From Microcoleus sp. (GTDB taxonomy: Bacteria > Cyanobacteriota > Cyanobacteriia > Cyanobacteriales > Microcoleaceae): a DNA stretch of 64,000 bases. Location: positions 1,824,001-1,888,000 of the forward strand of contig CP181291.1 in the NCBI GenBank assembly GCA_052279835.1, given 5' to 3'. The notes below the pieces were generated by a model. The model did no database searches, had not been told where the DNA came from, and saw only the letters and a list, made by a program, of their open reading frames with translations. Numbering within the stretch: the stretch's first letter is position 1; each line of letters begins with the position of its first letter. This document shows, piece by piece, positions 1-10,796 of this stretch. A program made the position numbers and the translations under genes.

Positions 1-1
1 G

Positions 2-1429
2 GCTCTGAGGGACTATGCTAACCGCCAAACTTTGCTAAATCAGTTGGTTAGTCAGATTCACAATTCCCTGGATTTGGATTCGGTAATTGCTACGACAATT
101 CAGTCGATTCGAGATTTTTTGGACATTGATAAGTGTGCTTTTGCTTGGTACAATTCAGACCCTGAATCTCCTATCTGGGAAGTGATTGAAGAAGCTCGAC
201 TCCCAGATATTGCTAGCGGTATAGGGTCTTATTCTCCTACTTTTGTTGGGCCTGTTGACCAATTGCTGCTCGACCAGGAAATTATCCGTATTGACGATGT
301 GGCACTGTATGAAGAAGAGGTGCACCGGGGGTTTCTGAATACTCTTAATTGTCAGTCAGAAATTCTGCTACCAGTCCGCACTCATTCGCAGCGGATGGGG
401 GTGATTATCTGCTTGCATCACTGTCAGGTTCGTCCTTGGACGGATAGTGAAGTGGAACTGTTGAAGGCTGTCAGCGATCAATTGGCGATCGCGATCGATC
501 AAGCGGAGTTGTATGCGGAAAGCCGCGCTAAAAGTCAGGATCTGCAACAAGCTCTGAAGGAACTGCAACGCACTCAATCTCAAATGGTGCAAGCTGAGAA
601 GATGTCTAGTTTAGGCCAATTGGTTGCGGGAATTGCTCATGAAATTAACAATCCAGTGAACTTTATTCACGGTAATGTAGTCCATGCAAGAGACTATACC
701 CAAGATTTGCTGGATTTGCTGGCTTTGTACCAAGCAGAATACCCTCAACCGAGCGATGCGATCGCGGCAAAACTAGAAACCATGGACTTGAATTTTCTCT
801 GCCTAGATTTACGCAAGTTGTTTAGTTCCATGAAGGTGGGAACGGAACGCATCCGCCAAATTGTCAAGTCCCTCCGTTTATTTTCTCGCCTGGATGAATC
901 GGAATTCAAGCCGGTGGATATTCACGATGGCCTTGAGAGTACGTTAATGATTTTGCAAAACCGCCTCAAGGCTAAACCGGGGCGTGCGGAAATTCAAATT
1001 GTCAAAAATTATGGCAATTTACCTGAAGTCGAGTGCTTTGCTGGACAATTGAATCAGGTATTCATGAATATTCTTACCAATGCGATCGATGCCTTGGAAG
1101 AACGAGACCAAGGGCGATCGCTCGCTGAGCAACAACAAGACCCCAGTACCATCTGTATCATAACAAGGATGAAATTACCTAACCATGTTTATATCCAAAT
1201 TATCGATAACGGCATCGGCATTCCATCACCTATCAAAGAAAAGATTTTCGATCCATTTTTCACAACCAAACCAGTTGGCCAAGGCACGGGAATGGGGATG
1301 TCAATTAGTTACCAAATCATTATTGAAAAACACAAAGGCACCCTAGAGTGCTTTTCTCACCCGGAAACCGGCACAGAATTTGCGATCCAAATTCCCATCT
1401 TGCAGCAACCTAGAGACAGCTATAATTAG
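2..1429 (+). CDS. GAF-domain sensor histidine kinase (5' end lies upstream of the window)
   Basis: The frame is open from base 2 ([14 protein letters not shown]...). It contains a GAF domain, H-box AHEINNP, N-box [15 protein letters not shown] and G boxes DNGIG / [13 protein letters not shown]. Confidence 0.9.
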   Translation, partial: ALRDYANRQTLLNQLVSQIHNSLDLDSVIATTIQSIRDFLDIDKCAFAWYNSDPESPIWEVIEEARLPDIASGIGSYSPTFVGPVDQLLLDQEIIRIDDVALYEEEVHRGFLNTLNCQSEILLPVRTHSQRMGVIICLHHCQVRPWTDSEVELLKAVSDQLAIAIDQAELYAESRAKSQDLQQALKELQRTQSQMVQAEKMSSLGQLVAGIAHEINNPVNFIHGNVVHARDYTQDLLDLLALYQAEYPQPSDAIAAKLETMDLNFLCLDLRKLFSSMKVGTERIRQIVKSLRLFSRLDESEFKPVDIHDGLESTLMILQNRLKAKPGRAEIQIVKNYGNLPEVECFAGQLNQVFMNILTNAIDALEERDQGRSLAEQQQDPSTICIITRMKLPNHVYIQIIDNGIGIPSPIKEKIFDPFFTTKPVGQGTGMGMSISYQIIIEKHKGTLECFSHPETGTEFAIQIPILQQPRDSYN

Positions 1430-1439
1430 CAAGTCGTCT

Positions 1440-1561
1440 GCGTGCATCCCGATTTTGCATAGGCGAAGCATGACCGCAGACAATTTATTAGGGATAACCA
1501 GAGATTTACAGCGGTCATGCTTCGCCCCTACGAATATATTTGCACTCATTGAGATGCACCC
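1440..1561. mobile_element. ~122 bp MITE/REP composite, copy 1 (degenerate)
   Basis: Ends are GCGTGCATC...GATGCACCC. A perfect 16-bp internal inverted repeat lies at 1462-1477 / 1511-1526 (GGCGAAGCATGACCGC). The element is homologous to 17915-18035. Confidence 0.75.
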
Positions 1562-1629
1562 ATTTCCACAACTGTAACAATCAAAAATTTAACTTTTAAA
1601 AAAATTGGTTAAAATTGAGGACAGCCACC

Positions 1630-4600
1630 ATGAAAAATGATTCTACTTTCCGTTGTCTCCTTCCTAAATATGAATTAATAGAAAGACTTTATAAGGGTTA
1701 TAAAAGCGAAGTTTATCGGGCTTTGAGACGGGCAGATAGACAACCAGTTGTGATTAAAATATTACGACAAGAATACCCCAGTTTCAGCGAATTATTGCAC
1801 TTCCGCAACCAATATACCATCGGCAAAAATCTCCCAATCGTCGGCATCGTTCGTCCCTTGTGCTTAGAAAACTATCAGCACAGTTATGCCTTAGTCATGG
1901 AAGATTTTGGGGGCATTTCTCTGCGAGAATATGTCAAAATTCATCCCTTGGAGTTGGCAGAGTTTTTGACCGTAGCTGTGGAACTTGCGGACATCCTCCA
2001 TTATCTTTATCAAAACCATGTCATCCACAAAGATATTAAACCAGCTAACATCCTGATTAATCCAGAAACTAAACAAGTAAAACTGATTGATTTTAGCATC
2101 GCCTCCCTACTCTCCAAAGAAATTTCCGAAATTAAAAATCCCCTAGTTTTGGAAGGGACAATTGCTTATATTTCTCCCGAACAAACTGGCAGAATGAATC
2201 GAGGCATAGACTACCGTAGCGATCTGTATTCCTTGGGAGTAACATTTTTTGAACTCCTCGCTGGACACTTACCGTTTATTTCCGACGATTTCATGGAATT
2301 GGTACATTGTCATATTGCCAAAAATCCTCCACCATTAGACGCTGGCGAGCAGATTCCTGCTGTGCTGTCCGATTTGGTGATGAAATTGATGGCAAAAAAT
2401 GCCGAAGATCGTTATCAAAGTGCTTTGGGATTAAAGTATGACTTACAACAGTGTCTCAAACAATGGCAAGAAACCGGGAAAGTAGATAAATTTGAACTGG
2501 GACAACGAGATATCTGCGATCGCTTCATTATTCCCGAAAAACTCTACGGGCGGGAAACCGAAGTTCAACAACTCTTAGAAGCTTTTGAAAGAGTCGCTAA
2601 CCCCACTACCAAAAAAGAAGGAAGGGGAGTGGAACTTATGTTAGTGGCTGGTTTTTCTGGAATTGGCAAAACAGCAGTCGTCAACGAGGTTCATAAACCC
2701 ATAGTTCGGCAACGGGGCTATTTCATCAAAGGAAAATTCGACCAATTCAATCGCAACATACCCTTTAGTGCTTTTGTGCAAGCTTTTCGGAACTTAATGG
2801 GGCAACTGCTATCTGAATCTGATGCTCAAATTCCTGTCTGGAAAACCAAGATCCAGTCAGCATTAGGTGACAGTGGACAAGTCATTATTGATGTGATTCC
2901 CGAACTCGAAGGCATAATTGGCAAACAGCCATCAGTCCCAGAATTATCAGGAGTAGCCGCCCAAAACCGCTTTAATGTTTTATTTCATAAATTTTTGTCT
3001 TTATTCAGCACTAAAGACCATCCATTAGTAATATTTTTGGATGACTTACAGTGGGTAGATTCCGCTTCACTAAATTTGATGAAACTCCTGATGAGTGAGT
3101 CTCAGAGTGGGTCTCTATTACTGATAGGAGCTTATCGAGACAATGAAGTTTCCCTAGCTCATCCTTTGATGTTGACCCTGGATGAAATCAGCAAAACAGG
3201 GGCAACTATTAATACAATTACCTTAGCACCGCTCAGTCACCGTAGCTTGAATCAACTGGTGGCAGATACGCTGAATTGCAATCCTCATGCAGCCCAACCA
3301 CTCACAGAACTGCTCGCCCAAAAAACCAAAGGAAATCCGTTTTTTACTACCCAATTTTTCAAAGCATTATATCAGGATGGATTGATTACTTTTAACTCAA
3401 AAGCCGGATATTGGGAGTGCGACATCATCAAAGTCCGGGAGCAAGCATTGACAGAGGACGTAGTGGAGTTCATGGCACAACAGTTACAAAAGTTGTCCCC
3501 AGAAACCCAAGGCGTTTTAAAGTTAGCTGCTTGTATTGGCAATCAGTTCGATTTGAATACACTGGCGATCGTTTCCGAACAATCTGAAACTGCCACCGCG
3601 ATCGCACTTTGGCAAGCACTAGAAGAAGGGCTAATTCTCCCCACCAGCGAAATGTACAAATTTTATCTGGATGACAGTCACTTTGTGCTGAACGCGGAAC
3701 CTTCTACACTGATCTATAAATTCTTACACGATCGCGTCCAACAAGCCGCTTACTCTCTGATTCCTGAAGCACAAAAACAAATAACTCACCTCAAAATTGG
3801 CCAACTGTTGCTGAATCATGCCTCCTTGGGCGAACAGGAAGCAAAACTGTTTGAAATTGTCAATCAACTGAACATCGGCAAAAGCCTGATCGCTGAGCCA
3901 TCTGAGCAAACCCAACTCGCCCAACTCAATCTCCAAGCTACACAAAAAGCGCGATCGGCCACAGCATACACCGCCGGATTCCAGTATGCCACCACAGGCA
4001 TCAGCTTGCTAGCTGTGGATCGCTGGACAGCTCAATACCAACTCACCCTACTACTTTACGAAGCTGCCACTGAAACTGCCTATCTCAGTGGTAACACAGA
4101 ACAGGTAGCAGCATTCATAGCAGTCATCTTAGAACACGCTAGAACCCTTTTTGATACAGTTAAAGTTTATGAAATTCAAATTCAAGCAGCTCAAGCTCAA
4201 CATAATTTTCTAGAAGCTGTGCAGATTGCCATCAAGATTTTAGAGCCTCTGGGAACCAGTTTTCCACAGCAACCCAGCCAATCAGACATTGCACAAGCAT
4301 TCGACATCACCAAGTCCCTACTGGATGGAAGGCAACCACCAGACTTGATGGTTTTGCCTGAGATGACCGAACCGCATAAACTAGCTGCTATGCGTATTCT
4401 CTCAGGTGTTTCCGCTTCTGCCTTTGTGGCTGCTCCAACACTTTTGCCATTTATTATCTTGGAGCAAGTGAATTTGTCGCTTCAATACGGCAATACCTCA
4501 TTTTCTACTAAAGGCTATGCCTACTATGGACTGATGCTTTGTGGTGTGGCGGGAGATATTGATACTGGCTATCAGTTTGGACAACTGGCAATAGCGTTGC

Positions 4601-7023
4601 TGCAACAGCTTAATGCTAAAGAGCAGAAAGCTGCCACCTATGTCGGAGTTAATTGTAGTGTATTACATTGGAAAGAACCACTGCGGAATACTTTACCGTA
4701 TTTTCGGGAAGGCTATCAAAGCGGGCTGGAAACGGGAGACTTAGAATCAGCTACAATTTGTGCATTTGGTTACGTCATGCACTCTTGGTTGGTGGGTGCA
4801 GAGCTGGGCGATCTGGGTCGGGAAAGTGCGGCTTTCAGCGTTCAACTCACTCAACTTAATCAAGCAGGGCTTTTGAGTCATTTAACCATTTTTCAGCAAG
4901 CAATTCTGAATTTAATGGGCGATTGCTCTGAACCATGGCAACTGAGAGGAAATGCCTTCAATCAAGAGCAAACATTGCCAGAAATTTACAAAGCCGGCGA
5001 CCAAACTGCTCTTTGCTATTTCCATATTAGCAAACTGCTTCTGTGTTATCTGTTTGGCAAGTTCGAGCTGGCAGTAACAGTGGCGATCGCAGCGGAAAAC
5101 CATCTCAGTGGTGCCACAGGACTGTTCGTAGTTCCCATCTTTCACACCTATGATTCTCTCGCCCACTTAGCTATATATTCCCACGTCTCGGAACTCGAAC
5201 AACTACAAATTCTGCAACGAGTCACCCATAACCAAGAAAAGATGAAAAAGTGGGCGGATCATGCTCCGGTAAATCATCTGCACAAGTTTGATTTGGTGGA
5301 AGCAGAGCGGTATCGCATTCTGGGACAAAAGTTAGAGGCGATCGAATACTACGATCGCGCGATCGCCCTGGCCAAAGAACACCAATTCCTCAACGAAGAA
5401 GCCCTAGCCAACGAACTCTGCGCTAAATTTTACCTGGAATGGGGCAAGGAAAAAGTCGCCCAAACTTACATGACAGAAGCTTACTACTGCTACGCCCGCT
5501 GGGGAGCGAAAGCCAAAGTAGAAGACTTAGAAACCCGGTATCCCGAACTGCTCCAGCAGATACTATTGCAGTCAACCCAAACCAGCTTCCATCTCCTAGC
5601 AACCCTCACCAGTATTAATCACTCATCAACCCAAGCCTCCAGCAGCAGCATTTCCGATGCACTAGACTTTGCATCGGTGATCCAAGCTGCCCAAACCCTT
5701 TCCAGCGAAATCCAACTCAACGAACTGCTCAAACAACTAACTCAAATCATTCTGCAAAACGCCGGCGCTGACAAATGCGTATTAATCCTACCCCTAGACA
5801 AAATCTGGGTAGTGAGGGCAATATCAACAATTGAAGCTACAGAACTGTGTTCAGAAGCCTTGGAAAACAGCCCTGACGTTCCCATCCAACTGATTCAATA
5901 TGTCCGGCGGACAAAATCAGTCGTGGTTATCAATAACCTAGAAACGGACCTACCAGTCATTGACAACTACCTGATCCAATACCAGCCCAAAAGCATCCTC
6001 TGCTTGCCAATTCTCAACCAAGGAAACCTAGTCGGAATCCTTTACCTGAAAAATCAAAAAACCAAGGGCGTATTCACCAGATCGCGCCTGATGGTGATCG
6101 AGTTCCTCTGCACCCAAGCGGCGATTTCCTTAGAAAATGCGCGACTCTATCACCAGTCTCAAGCCTATGCCCAAGAGCTTGAACACTCTCAACTCCAAGT
6201 TATCCAAAGCGAAAAAATGTCTGCCTTGGGCAATTTGGTAGCGGGTGTCGCCCACGAAATCAACAACCCCATTGGCTTCCTCGGCGGCAACATTCAACCA
6301 GCCCTCGATTACGTCCGTGACTTGTTTAGCATCATAGATCTCTACCAACAAAAGTATCCCGAACGGGATCTGAATATGGAAGCAGAAATTGAGAACCTAG
6401 ACCTTGACTACATTCGACAGGACTTACCCAAGCTGCTTGGTTCCATGCACGAAGGTGTGAAGCGGATTCGGGATATCAGCACCAGCTTGCGAACTTTCTC
6501 CCGTGCAGACACCGATCGCCCTGTGGCGTGCAATATTCATGATGGGATCGACAGCACTATCATGATTCTCAAGCATCGTCTCAAAGCTTCGGAAACTCGC
6601 CCTGAAATTCGAGTGATTAAAAATTACGGTATTTTGCCCCAGATAGAATGCTATGTCGGTCAGTTAAATCAGGTGTTTATGAATTTGTTGGCTAATGCGA
6701 TCGATGCGATCGATGAGAGCAATCAAGGGCGGACTTATGAGGAGATTGAAGCTCGACCTAACCAAATCAGAATCACCACAGAATTATCAGGCGATCGAGA
6801 AGCAGTAATTCGCATTCAAGACAATGGTAAAGGGATGACTGAAGAGGTCAAACAAAAAATATTTGACCATTTATTTACTACGAAAGCGGTGGGTAAAGGT
6901 ACAGGATTGGGATTAGCGATCGCCCGTCAAATTGTGGAGGAAAAACATGGTGGAAAAATTACCGTTAATTCGGCTCCTATGGAGGGCACAGAGTTTACGA
7001 TCGCTATTCCTGTCAAATCCTAA
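1630..7023 (+). CDS. Ser/Thr kinase - AAA ATPase - helical/TPR-like region - GAF - histidine kinase (HstK-type dual kinase)
   Basis: Kinase motifs HKDIKPANIL and DFS; Walker A GFSGIGKT; Walker B LVIFLDDLQW; GAF ending AAISLENARLY; H-box AHEINNP. ATG at 1630 is preferred over TTG at 1615. Confidence 0.92.
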   Translation: MKNDSTFRCLLPKYELIERLYKGYKSEVYRALRRADRQPVVIKILRQEYPSFSELLHFRNQYTIGKNLPIVGIVRPLCLENYQHSYALVMEDFGGISLREYVKIHPLELAEFLTVAVELADILHYLYQNHVIHKDIKPANILINPETKQVKLIDFSIASLLSKEISEIKNPLVLEGTIAYISPEQTGRMNRGIDYRSDLYSLGVTFFELLAGHLPFISDDFMELVHCHIAKNPPPLDAGEQIPAVLSDLVMKLMAKNAEDRYQSALGLKYDLQQCLKQWQETGKVDKFELGQRDICDRFIIPEKLYGRETEVQQLLEAFERVANPTTKKEGRGVELMLVAGFSGIGKTAVVNEVHKPIVRQRGYFIKGKFDQFNRNIPFSAFVQAFRNLMGQLLSESDAQIPVWKTKIQSALGDSGQVIIDVIPELEGIIGKQPSVPELSGVAAQNRFNVLFHKFLSLFSTKDHPLVIFLDDLQWVDSASLNLMKLLMSESQSGSLLLIGAYRDNEVSLAHPLMLTLDEISKTGATINTITLAPLSHRSLNQLVADTLNCNPHAAQPLTELLAQKTKGNPFFTTQFFKALYQDGLITFNSKAGYWECDIIKVREQALTEDVVEFMAQQLQKLSPETQGVLKLAACIGNQFDLNTLAIVSEQSETATAIALWQALEEGLILPTSEMYKFYLDDSHFVLNAEPSTLIYKFLHDRVQQAAYSLIPEAQKQITHLKIGQLLLNHASLGEQEAKLFEIVNQLNIGKSLIAEPSEQTQLAQLNLQATQKARSATAYTAGFQYATTGISLLAVDRWTAQYQLTLLLYEAATETAYLSGNTEQVAAFIAVILEHARTLFDTVKVYEIQIQAAQAQHNFLEAVQIAIKILEPLGTSFPQQPSQSDIAQAFDITKSLLDGRQPPDLMVLPEMTEPHKLAAMRILSGVSASAFVAAPTLLPFIILEQVNLSLQYGNTSFSTKGYAYYGLMLCGVAGDIDTGYQFGQLAIALLQQLNAKEQKAATYVGVNCSVLHWKEPLRNTLPYFREGYQSGLETGDLESATICAFGYVMHSWLVGAELGDLGRESAAFSVQLTQLNQAGLLSHLTIFQQAILNLMGDCSEPWQLRGNAFNQEQTLPEIYKAGDQTALCYFHISKLLLCYLFGKFELAVTVAIAAENHLSGATGLFVVPIFHTYDSLAHLAIYSHVSELEQLQILQRVTHNQEKMKKWADHAPVNHLHKFDLVEAERYRILGQKLEAIEYYDRAIALAKEHQFLNEEALANELCAKFYLEWGKEKVAQTYMTEAYYCYARWGAKAKVEDLETRYPELLQQILLQSTQTSFHLLATLTSINHSSTQASSSSISDALDFASVIQAAQTLSSEIQLNELLKQLTQIILQNAGADKCVLILPLDKIWVVRAISTIEATELCSEALENSPDVPIQLIQYVRRTKSVVVINNLETDLPVIDNYLIQYQPKSILCLPILNQGNLVGILYLKNQKTKGVFTRSRLMVIEFLCTQAAISLENARLYHQSQAYAQELEHSQLQVIQSEKMSALGNLVAGVAHEINNPIGFLGGNIQPALDYVRDLFSIIDLYQQKYPERDLNMEAEIENLDLDYIRQDLPKLLGSMHEGVKRIRDISTSLRTFSRADTDRPVACNIHDGIDSTIMILKHRLKASETRPEIRVIKNYGILPQIECYVGQLNQVFMNLLANAIDAIDESNQGRTYEEIEARPNQIRITTELSGDREAVIRIQDNGKGMTEEVKQKIFDHLFTTKAVGKGTGLGLAIARQIVEEKHGGKITVNSAPMEGTEFTIAIPVKS

Positions 7024-7289
7024 CAGCTTTGTCAATAGTCAATAGTCAGTAGCGGTGCCCGGCCCTGGGACCCTTCGACCCTTGGACGAAGCTGAGTGGC
7101 GTAGCAACCGGCAGTTAAGGCGCTGTGGTCATTGCTCCCGCTCAGGACAAGGGAGGGGGGCAGCACTTCGCTGACCCAAGGGCATTGTCAACAATCAACC
7201 ATCAAATCAGATTGTTACCGGAATTGATAGGACACTTTCCCTTAGTCCTGTTTGAAAAAAATCTCGGATAAAATAGTTCTTAGCTATCG

Positions 7290-7335
7290 ATACTCTTAGC
7301 AATCGCACTTTGTATACTGCGATTGCTAAGAGTAT
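7290..7335. repeat. Perfect 18-bp inverted repeat with 10-nt loop
   Basis: ATACTCTTAGCAATCGCA (7290-7307) / TGCGATTGCTAAGAGTAT (7318-7335). Confidence 0.9.
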
Positions 7336-7566
7336 GGATGGCTCTACTCATGATATCATAAGACGGTGGAATATCAAAAGAAAAATCTCACATCAATCCC
7401 GATGGTAACTTAACTCCCACAACTTTCAAAAATTGCTTAAAAGTGAATATTCTATATAAAATACAAGCCGTGGGGGCTGTAGTTTTTTTAAAAATTCACT
7501 AACTAAAGAGTCGATCGATAGCATTCGATCCTGATTTTCATCACTTGTTGTAGGTCTCAAAAAAAT

Positions 7567-8577
7567 ATGAAATTAGTCCCGCTCAAATTCCAGTCAATCG
7601 TCATGAGCCTATTTATCCTAACCCTGGCATCTACCATGTTGCTACATGGATGTGTCGGGAAACAGAACCTCTCCCTTAAATCCTTGCGAGTCGGGATGAA
7701 TAATTGGCCTGGATACGCGATCGCCCTTTATGCTAAAGAAGCAGGCATATTTAAGAACCGCGGACTCAACGTAGAATTAGTTCGATTCAACAACCAGCAA
7801 GATAACATTCGCGCCAGCCTTCGCGGGTCCCTAGATGCCAGCTTTGTACCCCTGTGGGAGGCCATGCAAGTAGATCCGGGGAACGATCGCCCAGCTTATT
7901 TGATGGCGGTAGATATTTCCTCCGGTTCCGATGGAATTGTCGCTGGATCAAAGGTGAAATCGATGGCGGATTTGCGTGGCAAAACTGTAGGAGCTAAGCT
8001 GGGGACAGTCAGTCATTTGATTTTGCTAGAAGCTTTGAAATCCGAGAATCTGCAACCAAGCGACATCGAAATCAAAGACATTTCCAATGACACAGCAGTC
8101 CAACAGCTCAAGGAAGGTCAAATCGATGCAGCAGTTGTTTGGGAACCACTATTAAGTGAAACAGCCACAGCGATTAAAGGACCAATTATTTTTACGACTA
8201 AAGATGTAGATAGTCTCGTCATTGATGGTTTAGCCACTCGCAGCAGCTTTGCAGCCCAACATGAAGCAGAATTCACGCAATTTATCCTAGCATGGTTCGA
8301 TACAATTCATGCAGTAGAAACCAAACCCAACGAAGTCTTTGAGAGTGTAGCTCGGCAATTAGGACAAACCAAAGAGTCGTTTATGCAAGATTATTCAGGA
8401 CTAAAAAAAGGAGATATTGCCATGAATAAACGGATGTTTGAGGGTCGTTTGGAGTCGGCAAAGCAGCAAATTATTCAGTTGCTTAAGGCGGATTCGCGGC
8501 ATCGTCAAATCATCCGGGAAGATATTGATATTAACGATCGGCCGCTTAAGGCTGCAATTGAGCTATGGAAACCTTGA
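7567..8577 (+). CDS. SsuA/NMT1/THI5-like ABC-type substrate-binding lipoprotein
   Basis: Signal peptide with lipobox LLHGC. Motifs WPGY..LY.AKEAG.F...[17 protein letters not shown] and [10 protein letters not shown] are typical of nitrate/sulfonate/thiamine-class binding proteins. Confidence 0.85.
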   Translation: MKLVPLKFQSIVMSLFILTLASTMLLHGCVGKQNLSLKSLRVGMNNWPGYAIALYAKEAGIFKNRGLNVELVRFNNQQDNIRASLRGSLDASFVPLWEAMQVDPGNDRPAYLMAVDISSGSDGIVAGSKVKSMADLRGKTVGAKLGTVSHLILLEALKSENLQPSDIEIKDISNDTAVQQLKEGQIDAAVVWEPLLSETATAIKGPIIFTTKDVDSLVIDGLATRSSFAAQHEAEFTQFILAWFDTIHAVETKPNEVFESVARQLGQTKESFMQDYSGLKKGDIAMNKRMFEGRLESAKQQIIQLLKADSRHRQIIREDIDINDRPLKAAIELWKP

Positions 8578-10796
8578 AGTCTAGAATTTCGCTCAAGCGG
8601 CGCAGTCTCCAGAAGCAGTTGCTTGGTAGTCTTGGTGTCTCTCTTGTCGCCGTCGGGCTAACTACACTGGCAGTCAACTATCAATTGACTCGGACTAATT
8701 TAGAAAAACAAGTGGAACAGAGAGCTTCGTCGATTAATCAAGGTTTGCAGTTTGCTACTGAGGGGTTAATTGAGCTTGACAATACGAGTGCTTTGCAGCG
8801 GGTGGTTCAAAATTATGCTACTTTGCCGGCGGTGGTAGAAATTGCGATCGTCCGTCCCAATGGCACGGTGATGGCTCATAGTTCTGGGTTTATCCCCAGT
8901 CGTCCCTATGGGGCAAGTCATCCAGAGTTGGCAGTTGTGATGGAGAAGGCTGCTAGCACTGGGGTGGAAACTAGCGATCGCCTGAATGTGCAAAACAAGG
9001 CTGTGCTGGTGGGTTTTTTGCCTTTTAGCAGCACGTTATTTAAAGCTAGTGGCACGCGGGGGCTGGCGATCGTGATACTGGATGCTGAGCAAATGGAGCG
9101 GGGTATTTGGCAAACTTTTCTGGCGTCAATGCTCGCCCTCACCGCAGGTATTGGGGTGATACTAGCCGTCACGGGGGTTTTGATTCGCCTCTTGGTTTTG
9201 CAACCGATCAATCGCTTGCGTCAAGCCGTAATCCTCAGTGAGGAAACGGGGAGCTTTACCCTCCCGCCGTCTATGTCTAGTAACGAAATTGGTTTCCTCG
9301 CCACCACGTTTAATCGGATTTTTAACCAAAATTTAGATTTACTCGAACAAGCTCGTCAGCAGGCTATTGTTTTGTCTCAGGCTAAAAATGCCGCTGATAG
9401 CGCTAGTCAGGCTAAGAGTGATTTTCTAGCCAATATGAGTCATGAGTTGCGAACTCCCCTCAATGGCATTCTGGGCTATGCCCAAATCCTCCACCGCAGC
9501 GAACCTCTGACTGAGCGAGGGAGTAAGGGGGTTGGCATTATTTATCAATGCGGTTCTCATCTCCTGACTCTAATTAATGATGTTCTGGATCTTTCTAAAA
9601 TTGAGGCTCGCAAAATGGATATTCGCCAGGGCGATTTTCATTTGCCTTCTTTTCTGGAGGGGATTGCGGAAATTTGTCGGATTCGGGCAGAACAAAAGGG
9701 TATTGATTTTATTTACACGCCTGGTGAGTTGCCCCTGGGGGTGCGATCGGATGAGCAGCGGTTGCGTCAAGTTTTGATTAATCTGTTGGGTAATGCTATT
9801 AAGTTTACCGATCGAGGTTGTGTCACTTTCAGGGTGAATATTGAGTCGGATCATACACCGGGTTGCTTTCTGGCTCGGTTCGTAATTCAAGATACGGGTG
9901 TGGGCATGGCGACAGACCATTTGCAGAAAATTTTTCTGCCTTTTGAGCAAGTTGGTAGTAGTAAAAAACAGTCAGAAGGGACGGGATTAGGACTATCAAT
10001 TAGCCAAAAAATTGTCGAATTAATGGGCAGTCATCTTCAAGTAAAAAGCGAGCTTGGTGTTGGCAGTACCTTTTGGTTTGAAGTTGAGCTAGCTGAGGCG
10101 GCAGAGTGGGCGATCGCCGCCCGCAAAAATATCCACGGAAATATCATCGGCTATCAGGGGGAAAGGCGCAAAATATTAATTGTGGATGACCGATGGGAAA
10201 ATCGGGCTGTGATTGTGAATTTGCTGGAGCCGATCGGCTTTACAATGATCGAAGCCTGTGACGGGAAAGAAGGCTTGGCGCAACTTGTTTGGAAGCCAGA
10301 TTTGGTGATTACTGATATTGCGATGCCGATTCTTAATGGCTTTGAGATGCTCAAACATCTGCGCCAAAATCCAGCTTACCAAACCTTGCCTGTGATTGTA
10401 TCTTCCGCCAGCGTGTTTGAGCTGGACCAGGACAAAAGCATCGCCGCCGGAGGTAACAGCTTTTTGGCCAAGCCAGTCCAGGCGGAAATCCTGCTAGACA
10501 AATTGCAAGCACTGCTCAAACTCGAATGGATTTATGAATCTGCCAACCCTAATTTGAATCAAACAGTCTCTGAAAGTCCCCCAGCAATAGTTCCACCGGC
10601 GATCGAAATCCTACAATATTTAGCTCAATTGATAGAAGAAGGAGACCTTTTCAAAGTCGAGGAAGAGTGTCATAGTTTGGCTCAGTCCCAGCCTGGGTGT
10701 GCTCTTTTTGCTGAGGCTGTAATTCAACTGGCTGAGAGTTTCCAAGCTAAAAAATTAATGGCATTCATTCAAGAGTATCTGGAGGCGGCATCATGA
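8565..10796 (+). CDS. Membrane hybrid histidine kinase (2 TM, periplasmic sensor, HAMP, HisKA, HATPase, REC)
   Basis: [37 protein letters not shown] and REC ILIVDD...DIAMP...KP. Overlaps the upstream gene by 13 bp. Confidence 0.92.
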   Translation: METLKSRISLKRRSLQKQLLGSLGVSLVAVGLTTLAVNYQLTRTNLEKQVEQRASSINQGLQFATEGLIELDNTSALQRVVQNYATLPAVVEIAIVRPNGTVMAHSSGFIPSRPYGASHPELAVVMEKAASTGVETSDRLNVQNKAVLVGFLPFSSTLFKASGTRGLAIVILDAEQMERGIWQTFLASMLALTAGIGVILAVTGVLIRLLVLQPINRLRQAVILSEETGSFTLPPSMSSNEIGFLATTFNRIFNQNLDLLEQARQQAIVLSQAKNAADSASQAKSDFLANMSHELRTPLNGILGYAQILHRSEPLTERGSKGVGIIYQCGSHLLTLINDVLDLSKIEARKMDIRQGDFHLPSFLEGIAEICRIRAEQKGIDFIYTPGELPLGVRSDEQRLRQVLINLLGNAIKFTDRGCVTFRVNIESDHTPGCFLARFVIQDTGVGMATDHLQKIFLPFEQVGSSKKQSEGTGLGLSISQKIVELMGSHLQVKSELGVGSTFWFEVELAEAAEWAIAARKNIHGNIIGYQGERRKILIVDDRWENRAVIVNLLEPIGFTMIEACDGKEGLAQLVWKPDLVITDIAMPILNGFEMLKHLRQNPAYQTLPVIVSSASVFELDQDKSIAAGGNSFLAKPVQAEILLDKLQALLKLEWIYESANPNLNQTVSESPPAIVPPAIEILQYLAQLIEEGDLFKVEEECHSLAQSQPGCALFAEAVIQLAESFQAKKLMAFIQEYLEAAS

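Noticed and set aside
62..520. Cyanobacteriochrome GAF domain
   Set aside because: It lacks the DxCF-type motif and the chromophore-binding Cys-His (reads EVHRGF).
7052..7566. TPP or guanidine riboswitch ahead of the NMT1/SsuA-like gene
   Set aside because: The core motifs (CTGAGA...CCTGAT...GCGNAGGGA; CTAGGGTTCCG...AAAAGCCCGGGAG) are not present.
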